Part shown: one piece after another, positions 54,597-64,000 of the stretch
Layout of the letters: every line of letters starts with the position of its first letter
Position numbering within the stretch: position 1 is the first letter of the stretch
DNA from: Patescibacteria group bacterium
GTDB lineage: Bacteria > Patescibacteriota > Patescibacteriia > Patescibacteriales > JBAZCA01
Direction of reading: 5' to 3'
Length of the DNA: 64,000 nucleotides
Assembly: GCA_041671125.1 (NCBI GenBank)
Contig: JBAZCA010000005.1
Span: 21,864-85,863 of the forward strand
Position numbers and translations under genes: made by a program
Notes under the pieces: generated by a model
Database searches by the model: none
The model's input: only the letters and a program-made list of their open reading frames with translations
Told to the model about the DNA's origin: nothing

Positions 54597-55046
54597 ATGA
54601 CCTTAAAAGAACAGCTTAAAGCCGACCTGGTGGCGGCCATGAGAGCTAAAGACGCGGAAAAACTTTCGGTTTTAAGGATGCTTGCTACGGCCATAAAAAC
54701 AAAGGAGATCGCGCTCCGGAAGGGCGAAGATATAATATTAAGCGATGAGCAGGTGTTAGACGTAATCGCCTCGGAAGTGAAAAAAAGAAAGGATTCAATC
54801 GTTGCTTACGAGCAGGGCGGGCGAAGCGAACTGGCGGAAGCTGAAAAAAAAGAAATAAAAATCCTTGAGGTCTACTTGCCGGAGCAAATGGCTGACGAAG
54901 AATTGGAGCGGATCGTAAAAAGCGCCGCGGCTGAAGCCGGAGCGGGCGCTAATTTCGGCGCGGTGATGGGAAAGGTGATGGGAAAAGTTAAAGGTCAGGC
55001 CGACGGTAACCGGGTGAGCGCCATGGTGAAAAAAGCGATGGGCTAA
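54597..55046 (+). CDS. GatB/YqeY domain protein
   Basis: MTLKEQLKADLVAAMRAKDAEKLSVLRML..EVKKRKDSI. Confidence 0.85.
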   Translation: MTLKEQLKADLVAAMRAKDAEKLSVLRMLATAIKTKEIALRKGEDIILSDEQVLDVIASEVKKRKDSIVAYEQGGRSELAEAEKKEIKILEVYLPEQMADEELERIVKSAAAEAGAGANFGAVMGKVMGKVKGQADGNRVSAMVKKAMG

Positions 55047-55146
55047 GATTGGCGTTGTAGTTTGGTTTTTTGCCGGGAATATGCTACAATTAAACCGGAA
55101 TTGAATCAGCTAATTCAGCCAATTAATTAAATTAAGCCGGAATAAA

Positions 55147-56175
55147 ATGATGTTATTTTTGCCAGGCATTATCTTTTTCGCGATAGTTTTTTTTATCATT
55201 TTATTTTTAGCTACAAAATCTATGGACTCAAACCAAAATTCCGCTAAGTACGCGTTTTTCTACGCTCTTTCCCTGGTGGCGCTCATTTTTACCTCGCTAT
55301 CGGTCGGCATGATAATTTTCCAGATTATCAATAAAGCCATGGAAACGCCGGTCGGGATGTTTGAAGGCGTATTTTCTTCCGGGGCGCTCCGGTTCGGCCT
55401 GTCGGCGCTTATTATCGCCGCACCGATTTATTATCTGGTTATGCGTTACATTTACGGCAATTTAGCTACCGGAAACCTTAAGAAAGACGCCCGGGAAAGG
55501 GTCTGGTTGACTTACGTGATATTATTCATCTCGTCGGTGATTATGCTCGGCTGGATGGTCGCCACCCTGAATAATTTTTTAAACGGCGAAATCACGTCAA
55601 AATTCATACTTAAGGCGCTTACTTCGGTCGTTATCGCCGGATCAATTTTTACCTTTTATTTTTACGATATCAGGAGGGAAGAAACCGCCGGAAAAAATAA
55701 AATTATCCGGGCGTATTTTTACGGGTCGCTTTTCGTCGTCATCGCCTCTTTGGCGGCCGGGCTGTATTTTAACGACGCTCCGGCCAAAGTCCGGGCGAAA
55801 AATTTTGACCGCCAGGTGATGGAACAGCTTGACCAGACCGACGCCGCCCTTAACTCCTATTATATCAGGAATAAGGCTCTTCCAGAATCCCTTACGGATC
55901 TCCTGAAGGAAGGTTCGCGCGATATTTTTATTACCGATAAAACCATCCGCGATCCGGAAACTGATAAAGTTTTTAGTTATAAAATTTTAGCTAAAGACAG
56001 CTACGAGATTTGCGCTGATTTTAAGATATCTTCAAAAGAAGCCATGGAAGAAGATAACAATCAGGATTATTTACTGACCCGCTGGGCGCATGAAGCCGGT
56101 TTCCAATGCTTTACTAAAAAAGCCGAGATATTGGACGCCCAGGGGACGCCGATTAAGCCGATTGAAGCGAGATAA
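55147..56175 (+). CDS. Membrane protein (DUF5671-like N-terminal TM region, pilin-like C-terminal domain)
   Basis: Five or six TM helices. C-terminal AALNSYYIRNKALPESLTDL..DPETDKVFSYK..YEICADF resembles a pseudopilin globular domain. Confidence 0.45.
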   Translation: MMLFLPGIIFFAIVFFIILFLATKSMDSNQNSAKYAFFYALSLVALIFTSLSVGMIIFQIINKAMETPVGMFEGVFSSGALRFGLSALIIAAPIYYLVMRYIYGNLATGNLKKDARERVWLTYVILFISSVIMLGWMVATLNNFLNGEITSKFILKALTSVVIAGSIFTFYFYDIRREETAGKNKIIRAYFYGSLFVVIASLAAGLYFNDAPAKVRAKNFDRQVMEQLDQTDAALNSYYIRNKALPESLTDLLKEGSRDIFITDKTIRDPETDKVFSYKILAKDSYEICADFKISSKEAMEEDNNQDYLLTRWAHEAGFQCFTKKAEILDAQGTPIKPIEAR

Positions 56176-56180
56176 ACCAT

Positions 56181-56762
56181 ATGGCTAAGAAAAAAATATC
56201 GGATAAAATCCAAGCGAAGGCGAGGAAGGTAAAAAAAAGCGCTCCGGAAAAAGAGATTAAACTTCCGCCGAAAGTCGCCAAGTTAATTTCCTATCTTCTA
56301 AAGGCGGGTGTTAGCCATGACCTTCTCCGGCATAAAACCGTTTATACGGCTTACGACGCGGCCGCGACCATGAAAAAAAAGCTTTCAGAAATGGCTAAAT
56401 CTCTGCTTATCAAAGCTGATAAGGATTACTACGCGGTGATTCTGCCGGCCGACCATAATCTTGACATGGAAAAACTGAAAAAAATTATTTCTAAAGCCGG
56501 AGGAAAGGATATTAAGGCCATTAAGATTCCGGGGGAGAAAGTAATGACCGAAGTGCTGAAAGTGAAAAACATGGCCATGACCGCGTTCGGCGGGCTTCAT
56601 GATCTGCCGGTTATCGCGGAAAAAAACCTGGAAAAAGCCAAAAAGATAATTTTTCCTTCCGGCGGTTTTAACTATTCGGTGGAGATGAAGCTTAAGGATT
56701 TTGTGAAACTTGAAAACGCGATTTTAGGGAAGTTTGGAGTTAAAAGAAAAAAGAAGAAGTAA
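56181..56762 (+). CDS. YbaK/EbsC-type aminoacyl-tRNA editing domain protein with Lys-rich N-terminal extension
   Basis: ..AKSLLIKADKDYYAVILPADHNLDMEKLKK..AFGGLHDLPV..FPSGG. Confidence 0.6.
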   Translation: MAKKKISDKIQAKARKVKKSAPEKEIKLPPKVAKLISYLLKAGVSHDLLRHKTVYTAYDAAATMKKKLSEMAKSLLIKADKDYYAVILPADHNLDMEKLKKIISKAGGKDIKAIKIPGEKVMTEVLKVKNMAMTAFGGLHDLPVIAEKNLEKAKKIIFPSGGFNYSVEMKLKDFVKLENAILGKFGVKRKKKK

Positions 56763-56836
56763 ATAGTAAACAGACAATAGTAGATAGAAGCGTTGAAAAA
56801 TCTATTGTCTGTTTACTATTGTCTGTTTACTAATAC

Positions 56837-57607
56837 ATGCTGTCCGTAAAAATAGATAAATTTGAAGGGCCGCTCCACCTCCTTTTAAAGCTCATTGAGA
56901 AAGAGGAACTGGACATAACCGAAATCAGCCTGGCAAAAATCGCCGACGAGTATATTGAGCTGGTGGAAAGCTCGCCGGCTATCGGCCCGGGCGAGATGGC
57001 CGATTTTTTAGTGCTCGCCGCCCGGCTTCTGTATATAAAATCAAAAGCCTTGTTTCCGCATATTGACCTTCCGGAAGAGGAAGGCGGCGATGACCTGGAA
57101 AAACAGCTCCGGATGTACCGGGAATATCTCCTCGCGGCGGAAAAGATTGAAAAAATCCTCAAAGGGAAAAAATTCATGTTCCAGCGCGAATGGAACCGCA
57201 AGGCGATTGTTTTGTCCATCTATCCGCCTCGGCGCGCCGGAGGCGAGACGGGTCATTTCTCACCCCCGAAGAATATTTTTCCCCCCTCCCTCCGGGAAGT
57301 GATGAAAGAAATAATTGAGCGGATAAAACCGGCGCCAAAGGATCTTGAAGAGAAGAGCCTTGAGGCGGCTATCCATATTGAAGATCGGATCGCGCTGATT
57401 CGGGAAATGCTTCTGAATAAAATTAAATTTAATTTTAGAAAAATCCTGGAAAAAGCCGGATCCAAAACCGAGGTGATCATTTCATTCCTCGCCATGTTGG
57501 AGTTGGCGAAACAGCGGGATATCATCATTGATCAGGATGAGTTGTTTGGAGAGATAGAAATTACAAGATTTGAAGTTGGCTTAAAACAGATAACAGATAA
57601 CAGATAA
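56837..57607 (+). CDS. scpA: Segregation and condensation protein A
   Basis: FEGPLHLLLKLIEKEELDITEISLAKIADEY. GC-rich insert at 57222-57295. The last 7 codons lie in the terminator palindrome arm. Confidence 0.88.
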   Translation: MLSVKIDKFEGPLHLLLKLIEKEELDITEISLAKIADEYIELVESSPAIGPGEMADFLVLAARLLYIKSKALFPHIDLPEEEGGDDLEKQLRMYREYLLAAEKIEKILKGKKFMFQREWNRKAIVLSIYPPRRAGGETGHFSPPKNIFPPSLREVMKEIIERIKPAPKDLEEKSLEAAIHIEDRIALIREMLLNKIKFNFRKILEKAGSKTEVIISFLAMLELAKQRDIIIDQDELFGEIEITRFEVGLKQITDNR

Positions 57608-57650
57608 CAGAACTTTTTCCACTGGTCTGCTATCTGCTATCTGTTATCTG
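57585..57650. repeat. GATAACAGA-word hairpin at the scpA/scpB junction
   Basis: aaacagataacagataacagataacag pairs with ctgctatctgctatctgttatctg. The same word occurs inside rplD (36020-36053). Confidence 0.8.
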
Positions 57651-57657
57651 ATAAATT

Positions 57658-58191
57658 ATGAATTTAAAATCCCAAATTGAATCACTCCTCTTTATCTCGG
57701 CTAAAGCCATGTCCGTCAAGCAGCTTTCCGACACAATAAAAATTCCGGCCAAAGAAGCGGAGAAAGCCTGCGACGAGCTTAATCGGGAATATAAAGAAGG
57801 CGGCCGGGGGGTGGAAATAGTAAAGCAGGGCAATAAATACCAGATGGTAAGTTCGCCGGAAAATGCCGGGCTGGTAAGAGAGTTTGTTAAAGAAGAGGTA
57901 ACGGGCGAGCTCTCGCGTCCGAGCCTTGAAGCTCTTACTATCATCGCTTACCGGGGGCCGATCGCGAAAATTGACCTTGATCGGATCCGCGGAATCAATT
58001 GTGGCCTAATTTTAAGGAACCTGCTTATCCGGGGTCTTATTGAAGCGCGCGAAGACAAGGTAAAGCGGGAAACTTATTACACTGTCACGCTTGACTTTAT
58101 TCGCCATCTTGGGCTAAATGAGATAAGCGAATTGCCTGATTATGAGAAGCTAAATAAGGAGGAAACATTAGAAAGGATGCTTAAAGAATAA
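57658..58191 (+). CDS. scpB: Segregation and condensation protein B
   Basis: IESLLFISAKAMSVKQLS..LSRPSLEALTIIAYRGPI. Confidence 0.88.
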   Translation: MNLKSQIESLLFISAKAMSVKQLSDTIKIPAKEAEKACDELNREYKEGGRGVEIVKQGNKYQMVSSPENAGLVREFVKEEVTGELSRPSLEALTIIAYRGPIAKIDLDRIRGINCGLILRNLLIRGLIEAREDKVKRETYYTVTLDFIRHLGLNEISELPDYEKLNKEETLERMLKE

Positions 58192-58359
58192 TTTTCAATT
58201 TCAAATTTTTAATTTTCAAACAATTTTAAAATTTTCAATGATTCAATTTCTAAATTTGAGGCCTGAAAAATCCCTTTTTAGCCCTCAATTTTGAAAAATG
58301 GGAAATTAAAATATTGGAAATTCATTGTAAATTGAAAATTTATATTTGAAAATTGATTT

Positions 58360-59373
58360 ATGTTCCTCGCGCCCGTCTTAACGTCCGCGTTTATCTGCTA
58401 TACAATTTTACTCAATTCCGTTTTAGCCTCCGAGCTTTTTAAGCCGGAGTTTTTCGGTTTAACGGCGGATGAAAGGAATAGGATTTTAGGAATAGTCGGC
58501 GGCATCAGGGATAATCCGCTGGGGATTTTTGGCTTTAACAAGCTTCCGGAAAATGAAGATAAGCCCGCGCCTCCCAAGCCAAAGCCGAAGGTGGCCGGGA
58601 TAAAAGTCGCGGCCCGGAGCGCCGTGGCCGTTGACTGCGAAACCGGAGACGTTATCTTTGAGCAATCGGCCCGGGAAAAATGGCCGATCGCGAGCATCAC
58701 TAAGCTAATGACAGCTTTGGTCTTTCTTGATTATAACCCCGGCTGGGAAACGGTTTACGAAATAAAAAGGGAAGACCGGAGGGATGGGGGAAGGATTTAC
58801 CTTTATTATGGCGAAAAGGCAAAAGTAAAAGATATTTTTTACACAAGCCTGGTCGCTTCCGACAATACCGCCACCATAGCGCTCATAAGTTCCGCCGGCT
58901 TGAGTGAAGAAAAATTCGTCGCGAAGATGAACGAGCAGGCGGTTTTTCTCGGGATGGCAAACACAAAATTCATTGACGCGACCGGCCTTAAGTCTAACGA
59001 ATCAACGGCCGAGGAAATCGCCAAGTTCGCGGCCATAGCTTTGGCGAACGAGGATATCCGCCGGGCGACCCTGACCGAAGAATACCGGTTTAAGACTTTG
59101 GAAGGGAAAGAAAAAATAATTCCCTCCACTGACCAGCTTTTAAGGGAGAAAATGGATGGCGGCATGGAGATCGCCGGAGGAAAAACCGGATTTACCGAAG
59201 AAGCTGGTTATTGCTTTGCCGGCCGGTTTAAAAAAGACGGCCACGAGCTCGTTACCGTCGTTTTGGGGGCGCCCACCGCTCCGGCGCGGTTCACTGAAAC
59301 AGGCAGCCTGGTTAAATGGGTTTTTGAAAATTTTAAATGGGAGGATGGTGTTGTCGGCTCGGAGGGAAAGTGA
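58360..59373 (+). CDS. D-alanyl-D-alanine carboxypeptidase (peptidase S11)
   Basis: SITK (SxxK), SDN (SxN), KTGFT (KTG). N-terminal signal or TM segment. Confidence 0.85.
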   Translation: MFLAPVLTSAFICYTILLNSVLASELFKPEFFGLTADERNRILGIVGGIRDNPLGIFGFNKLPENEDKPAPPKPKPKVAGIKVAARSAVAVDCETGDVIFEQSAREKWPIASITKLMTALVFLDYNPGWETVYEIKREDRRDGGRIYLYYGEKAKVKDIFYTSLVASDNTATIALISSAGLSEEKFVAKMNEQAVFLGMANTKFIDATGLKSNESTAEEIAKFAAIALANEDIRRATLTEEYRFKTLEGKEKIIPSTDQLLREKMDGGMEIAGGKTGFTEEAGYCFAGRFKKDGHELVTVVLGAPTAPARFTETGSLVKWVFENFKWEDGVVGSEGK

Positions 59374-59406
59374 TATAATGTGAATTAAGAATTAAGAATT
59401 ATTTTT

Positions 59407-60174
59407 ATGTCTGACAGGAGGATTGTCATTGCTAACTGGAAGATGAAACTCGGACTCAAGGAATCTCTGGATCTCGCGGAAAAAATGAAAGAAAAGTTTG
59501 CGGGGTTTAAAGATTGCGAAGCGGGAATATGTCCGAATTTTATTGCCCTTAGCGAGGTGAAAAAAATTTTAAAAGGCAGTCCCTTAAAGCTCGGGGCGCA
59601 GGATGTCTTTTGGGAAGAAAAAGGCGCTTATACCGGCGAGGTTTCGGCGATCAACCTTGACGAAGCCGGCTGCGAGCTGGTTATTATCGGCCATTCAGAG
59701 CGGCGGCGGTATATGCTGGAAAATTATGAAATGATCCATAAAAAGCTGAAAGCCGTGCTGGAAGTGAAAAATCTTATGCCTGTCGTCTGCGTCGGCGAAG
59801 AAAAAGACGAACGCAAAACCGATAAACGCGATTTTATTTTAATTGACCAGGTCAACCAGGCTTTCGGCGGGCTGAACTTAATGGAAGACCAGAAAATTGT
59901 TGTGGCTTATGAACCGATCTGGGCCATCGGGTCAGGAACGGCTATAGAGCCTTCGGAATGCGATTACGCTCATAAGATAATCCGGCTTACTCTGAACGAG
60001 CTTTTTGGCGCGAAAATTTCAGGGCAGGTTTTTCGGATTATTTACGGTGGCAGCGTTTCGCCGAAAAACGTCGCCGAGTTCAAGGGTCTCGCGCATCTTG
60101 ACGGGTTTCTTGTCGGCGGAGCGAGCCTTGATGCTAATGAATTTTATGAAGTAGCAAAATTAATTATCAATTAA
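59407..60174 (+). CDS. tpiA: Triosephosphate isomerase
   Basis: IANWKMK, GHSERR, AYEPIWAIGSG, GGSV. Confidence 0.93.
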   Translation: MSDRRIVIANWKMKLGLKESLDLAEKMKEKFAGFKDCEAGICPNFIALSEVKKILKGSPLKLGAQDVFWEEKGAYTGEVSAINLDEAGCELVIIGHSERRRYMLENYEMIHKKLKAVLEVKNLMPVVCVGEEKDERKTDKRDFILIDQVNQAFGGLNLMEDQKIVVAYEPIWAIGSGTAIEPSECDYAHKIIRLTLNELFGAKISGQVFRIIYGGSVSPKNVAEFKGLAHLDGFLVGGASLDANEFYEVAKLIIN

Positions 60175-60240
60175 AAATTACGAATTACGAATTTTTTATT
60201 ATTAAATTGATAATTGATAATTCGTAATTGAGAATTAAAT

Positions 60241-61116
60241 ATGCTGGTTCACATTAAAGAATTAATTTTGGAAGCAGAAAAAGGCGGGTACGCCCTTGGA
60301 GCGTTTAATATTTTAAACATAGAAATGGCGCTCGGCGTGGCGCGCGCGGCGCAAAAATCCGGTTCGCCGGTCATCATCCAGGTTTCCCAGAACGTAATTG
60401 AATATATGGGAGTCAAGCCCATCACCCATCTTGTTTCAACCGTCGCGAAAAATATCGCCGTCAACGTCCCAGTTGCCCTCCATCTTGACCACGGAAAAAG
60501 TTTTGATGCGGTTTTTGAATGCATCAGTTCCGGATTCACCTCCGTCCATATTGACGCTTCTCATCTGCCTTATGACGAAAACGTCAATTTGACCAGGCAT
60601 GTTGTTGAAATCGCGCGGCCTAAAGGGGTCTGGGTTCAGGGCGAACTCGGCGAAATGATCGGTGGACACGGCAGTAAAGGGAAGACCATAAGCGGAGTAA
60701 AGATCGCTGATCCGGACAAAGTCGCGGAATTTGTTAGAGCCACGAAAATAGATACTGTCGCCGCCCCGATTGGAACGGCCCACGGGGTGTATGAGAATGA
60801 AAAAGTGGATTTTACCGCCTTAAAAGCCATAAAAGAAAAAATAAAAATACCTTTTGTTCTCCATGGCGGATCAGGTGTAAAAGAGGACGATATGCGGGAG
60901 GCGGTGCGGCTCGGGGTAAATATTGTAAATATCGGAAGCGACCTTAAAATCGCTTTTTCAAAGACTTTGATTGAAACCTGTGCCAAAAATAAAAACGAAA
61001 CCGATCCGAGAGTGCTCTTGGCGCCGACGATTGCCGCCGCAGAAAAGGTAGTGGCGGAAAAGATGAAAATTTTTGGTTCGGCCGGACGCTATCCAGCCGG
61101 GGGGATGGAAACATAA
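60241..61116 (+). CDS. fba: Class II fructose-bisphosphate aldolase
   Basis: GYALGAFN, LHLDHG, LHGGSG. Confidence 0.9.
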   Translation: MLVHIKELILEAEKGGYALGAFNILNIEMALGVARAAQKSGSPVIIQVSQNVIEYMGVKPITHLVSTVAKNIAVNVPVALHLDHGKSFDAVFECISSGFTSVHIDASHLPYDENVNLTRHVVEIARPKGVWVQGELGEMIGGHGSKGKTISGVKIADPDKVAEFVRATKIDTVAAPIGTAHGVYENEKVDFTALKAIKEKIKIPFVLHGGSGVKEDDMREAVRLGVNIVNIGSDLKIAFSKTLIETCAKNKNETDPRVLLAPTIAAAEKVVAEKMKIFGSAGRYPAGGMET

Positions 61117-61208
61117 AATCAGAAATTTGAAATTTGAAACTAAAAATAGAGATTGTAAGCAACTGCTATTTCCGGTTTCAAATTCCTAATTTCAAATTTT
61201 TATTTCTC

Positions 61209-64000
61209 ATGCTTGTCGGAAAATCAAAGAGAAGGTTGTTTAATCAGAAGGCTTTGTCGAGCTTGGCTTTTATTTTGGCCGGATTTTTTTTGCTGTCCAT
61301 ACTTTTTTCGGCGACGGTTTCTCCGGTTCTGGCGCAGACCGACCTTGGGCTTAATGAAGCCGCGCAGATCGGCCTTGGTTCTTCCGATCCGAGGGTGATT
61401 ATTGTCCGGATAATCCAGGTGGCTTTGGGATTTTTAGCTTTGGTGGCGGTTGTTATTATAATGTACGCCGGCTGGACGATGATGAGTTCGGAAGGCAACG
61501 CCGAAAAGGTGGAGCAGGCAAAAAATATTTTAAAAAACGCGGTTATCGGCCTGGTAATTATTTTTTCGGCGTTTGCCATTGTCTCTTTTATTTTAAACGC
61601 GCTTACCGGATCGTTTACCGGCGACGACGGAGATGATGACGACGGAGATAACGGACCAGGCATAGAGGCGCTCGGCAACGGCATTATAAAGAGCGTTTAT
61701 CCGGCGCCGGGACAAAAAGATGTCGTCCGGAACACGAGTATTATCGTCACTTTCCGGGAAGAAGTGAAATCTTCCACAATTTGTAAATCACCAGTATGTC
61801 AAAATAACGGGGAGAACTGCGATGAAGGCGAGAGCGGATGCGTGTGTAAATGTAATGGAGGAGATTTTCTTGAGAGTAATTTCCGGATTTATAAAACTGA
61901 AGAAGACAAGCAAGAGGACGCAGACGGCACCACGAGCCTGTGCGGGGTAAATTATAACCCGCTTAAATATCCTAAAGGATGCACAACTTTGAAATCCGCC
62001 AAAGTTTACACCAGCGACAATGAGACTTTTGTTTTCGTTCCAGATGGTTTTTTGGATGGAAGTTATGACGAGATTGACTATAGTGGCTATATTACCAATA
62101 ACATTAAAAAAGCTGGAGACAAAGACGCGGGCATATTTGACGCTTTAGGCGATAAAGATTACGGCTGGAGTTTTAGCGTAGGTGATGTAATTGACCTTAC
62201 TCCGCCCCAGGTAAAAAATGGCGGGGTCTTCCCGGCGCCGGATAACGAGCGGGATACTTCTTCGGAAGTGGCCGGAGCAAAAGCTGCGGGCAGTATTGAA
62301 GTGAAAAATCGGCCCGGAGTGTATACCGCTTCAAAAGCGAACGAACCGGTTAAAGAGCCGCCGAGCGGAAATTGGCCGGATGTTTTGGTAAGCGGAACAT
62401 ATAATTGCTTTAACGACGGGGAAATTTCAGTTACCGTCGGCAGCGACGGCAATTTAACGGTTATGGTATCAAGCCTGGATGTTAAAGGGTTGGTATCAGG
62501 CGACAGCGCCGGAGACGGAGTAATTTTCATCGGGTGCGGACTTAGTCTTGCACCCGTGAGCGGAAATTTCAGCGCCGGAAATAAATGGAAACTCGCGGTT
62601 ACCGCGGAAAAGCAGGCCGACACGCTAAAAGTCGGTTCGCGGGAATATGTTTTTGTAAGCGGCGCCGGAGGAGGGGATAAAATACAAATCGGCGATAAAA
62701 CTAAAACCGCGGTTAATATTGTTGCCGCCTTAGCCGGACATCCGGAAGTGGCGGCAGGGATAAAACCAAGCGCTAATACTGTAGTGGAATTAGCGGCGAA
62801 AAATGCCGGGGCTGACGGGAATAATATAGAACTCGCGACGAGCAATCCGGAAGCGCTTAAAATCGGGAAAATGCGGGGCGGACAAGACCGGGAAGTTACG
62901 GCCATAAAAAAAGACAGGCTTGATAAAGCTAGAAACGCCGTGATTCAGATAAATTTTAACGAAGCCATAAATCCTTTAACCGTATCGGGGGAGGCGGATC
63001 TGTTAAAAGATTATATAAAGATAGTCAACGCGAAAACCGACGCGCAAGGAAACCCGGCGGCAATAGCCAGAAACGGCCAATGTTCATCTGACGCCGATTG
63101 TCTGTCTTTTAAATGCAGGGTTGACGATAAGGCGGCGACTGACGCCGGTTGCGCTGAAGGTGGGGCATGCGTCTGCAAGGGAGACAATGACTATCTTGAA
63201 GGAAAATTCATAGTTTCCAACCAATATAATACGGCAGAGTTTGTTACCAATAATCAGTGCGGAATAAATGCTTGCGGCGAACCGATTTATTGCCTGCCGG
63301 AAAATAGCCATCTAAAAGCGGTTTTAATAGCCGCCGAATTAACTGATTGTGGAGAGGATAATTGCGCGAAAAAAAGCCCTTTTGATGTTTGCGACAGCGA
63401 TATATGCAAAAATCGCGAGGGAAAAAAATATCCGCTTTCAAAATTGCCTTTAGAAGGAATCGCTGACATGGCCTTAAATTCACTGGACGGAAACCGGAAC
63501 AGCTCGCTTCCTCCGGCAGTCGGTTCTGCCGATGGCCCTAAAGAGCAAAGCGGACAGAGCGCTTATGATGAAAATCATGATAGTCCGGGTTCGCTTCATG
63601 GCGACGATTTTATTTGGTCATTTTTCATAAACGACAAAATTGATTTAACCCCTCCGGTAATCAGCGCGACCCGGCCGAAACATGACGGGAGCGCCGATAA
63701 GCGCAAAGAGATAGAAATTGAATTCAGCGAATTTATGATGTCGGGAAGCCTCGCGACCGGAGAAAAAATCATAAAAACCGTAAAGGGAGATGAGATTATC
63801 CATAAGCTCATCAATCTTAGAAGCTATACGAATGAACAGCCGGGGTATTGGGTAAGCAAAACCGATGTTGATGATCTTCCCCCGGCAGACGGCGTTATTC
63901 CGGCTGGCGACGGCGAACCGGATCGGACTAAGGCTTTATTAAACCATTCGGTATTTTCCGAAGCCGCGAAATACCGGGCGCAGGTCGGTTCGGGAGTAAA
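61209..64000 (+). CDS. Large secreted/surface protein, 3' end outside window (over 930 codons here)
   Basis: I translated by hand from ATG 61209 to base 64000 and found no in-frame stop. It is absent from the ORF track because it is open-ended. N-terminal signal or TM, then a pilin-like two-helix module (ALGFLALVAVVIIMYAGWTMMSSEGNAEKVEQAKNIL..GLVIIFSAFAIV), a poly-Asp linker, Ig-like VYPAPGQKDVVRNTSIIVTFRE and Cys-rich modules. Confidence 0.75.
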   Translation, partial: MLVGKSKRRLFNQKALSSLAFILAGFFLLSILFSATVSPVLAQTDLGLNEAAQIGLGSSDPRVIIVRIIQVALGFLALVAVVIIMYAGWTMMSSEGNAEKVEQAKNILKNAVIGLVIIFSAFAIVSFILNALTGSFTGDDGDDDDGDNGPGIEALGNGIIKSVYPAPGQKDVVRNTSIIVTFREEVKSSTICKSPVCQNNGENCDEGESGCVCKCNGGDFLESNFRIYKTEEDKQEDADGTTSLCGVNYNPLKYPKGCTTLKSAKVYTSDNETFVFVPDGFLDGSYDEIDYSGYITNNIKKAGDKDAGIFDALGDKDYGWSFSVGDVIDLTPPQVKNGGVFPAPDNERDTSSEVAGAKAAGSIEVKNRPGVYTASKANEPVKEPPSGNWPDVLVSGTYNCFNDGEISVTVGSDGNLTVMVSSLDVKGLVSGDSAGDGVIFIGCGLSLAPVSGNFSAGNKWKLAVTAEKQADTLKVGSREYVFVSGAGGGDKIQIGDKTKTAVNIVAALAGHPEVAAGIKPSANTVVELAAKNAGADGNNIELATSNPEALKIGKMRGGQDREVTAIKKDRLDKARNAVIQINFNEAINPLTVSGEADLLKDYIKIVNAKTDAQGNPAAIARNGQCSSDADCLSFKCRVDDKAATDAGCAEGGACVCKGDNDYLEGKFIVSNQYNTAEFVTNNQCGINACGEPIYCLPENSHLKAVLIAAELTDCGEDNCAKKSPFDVCDSDICKNREGKKYPLSKLPLEGIADMALNSLDGNRNSSLPPAVGSADGPKEQSGQSAYDENHDSPGSLHGDDFIWSFFINDKIDLTPPVISATRPKHDGSADKRKEIEIEFSEFMMSGSLATGEKIIKTVKGDEIIHKLINLRSYTNEQPGYWVSKTDVDDLPPADGVIPAGDGEPDRTKALLNHSVFSEAAKYRAQVGSGV

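Noticed and set aside
62159-62905. 248-aa minus-strand ORF and its neighbours (61244-61684, 63084-63483)
   Set aside because: They lie antisense to a hand-verified open frame of more than 930 codons on the plus strand (61209 to the window end). Their products are Ser/Pro/Ala-rich shadow sequences.
1-64000. Alternative genetic code (UGA as Gly, as in some CPR lineages)
   Set aside because: UGA ends well-delimited genes (for example the recombinase ORF, the 22372-23583 ORF and the histidine kinase gene). Conserved genes also show no in-frame UGA.

Overview
This window reads as a Candidate Phyla Radiation (Patescibacteria, Parcubacteria-like) chromosome segment. It uses the standard code (UGA acts as a stop) and is about 45-55% GC in the lines I hand-counted. 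All product calls come from motif recognition by eye and memory; no searches were run.

Layout:
- 1-3.2 kb: cell-wall and division genes (RlpA-DPBB/S11 carboxypeptidase, ftsE, ftsX).
- 3.4-8.6 kb: a membrane and stress cluster. It holds a LiaF-like protein, a DUF5668-like protein, a mini K+ channel, a VIT-like protein, YggT, a PAS protein, an ECF sigma factor and two inverted GlsB paralogues.
- 8.67-15.54 kb: a roughly 6.9 kb island integrated at the 3' end of tRNA-Gln(UUG). It carries a large serine recombinase, a DpnA-like methyltransferase with a MutH-like nuclease, and a very AT-rich four-gene operon. That operon (three wHTH proteins, one with a DUF4145-like end, then a NucS-like PD-(D/E)xK nuclease) matches no named system I know and is the best candidate for a novel defence module.
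- 15.9-28.3 kb: housekeeping and accessory genes. These are a membrane-anchored Clp ATPase, a GT4 transferase, rlmN, an AbiEii-like remnant, a TM methyltransferase-like protein, an orphan histidine kinase, a LigD-PE domain protein, a DUF45 protein, rpmB and an S2P protease.
- 28.5-49.9 kb: the str/S10/spc ribosomal cluster (rpsL to map). It has no L30 gene, several extended r-proteins and foreign ORFs inserted in it.
- 49.9-61.1 kb: ruvX, recO, aspS, a GHKL-ATPase/STAS-like pair, yqeY, a ybaK-like gene, scpAB, a dac gene, tpiA and fba.
- 61.2 kb to the window end: a large open-ended surface-protein gene that is absent from the ORF track.

Recurrent oddities:
- Almost every intergenic spacer is a long hairpin built from short tandem words.
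- Several repeat families recur across the window. Some are inserted in frame inside essential genes (map, aspS, the LigD-PE gene, scpA, rlmN, rplD).
- These hairpins caused many over-long N-termini in the ORF track, which I corrected where an obvious conserved start exists.
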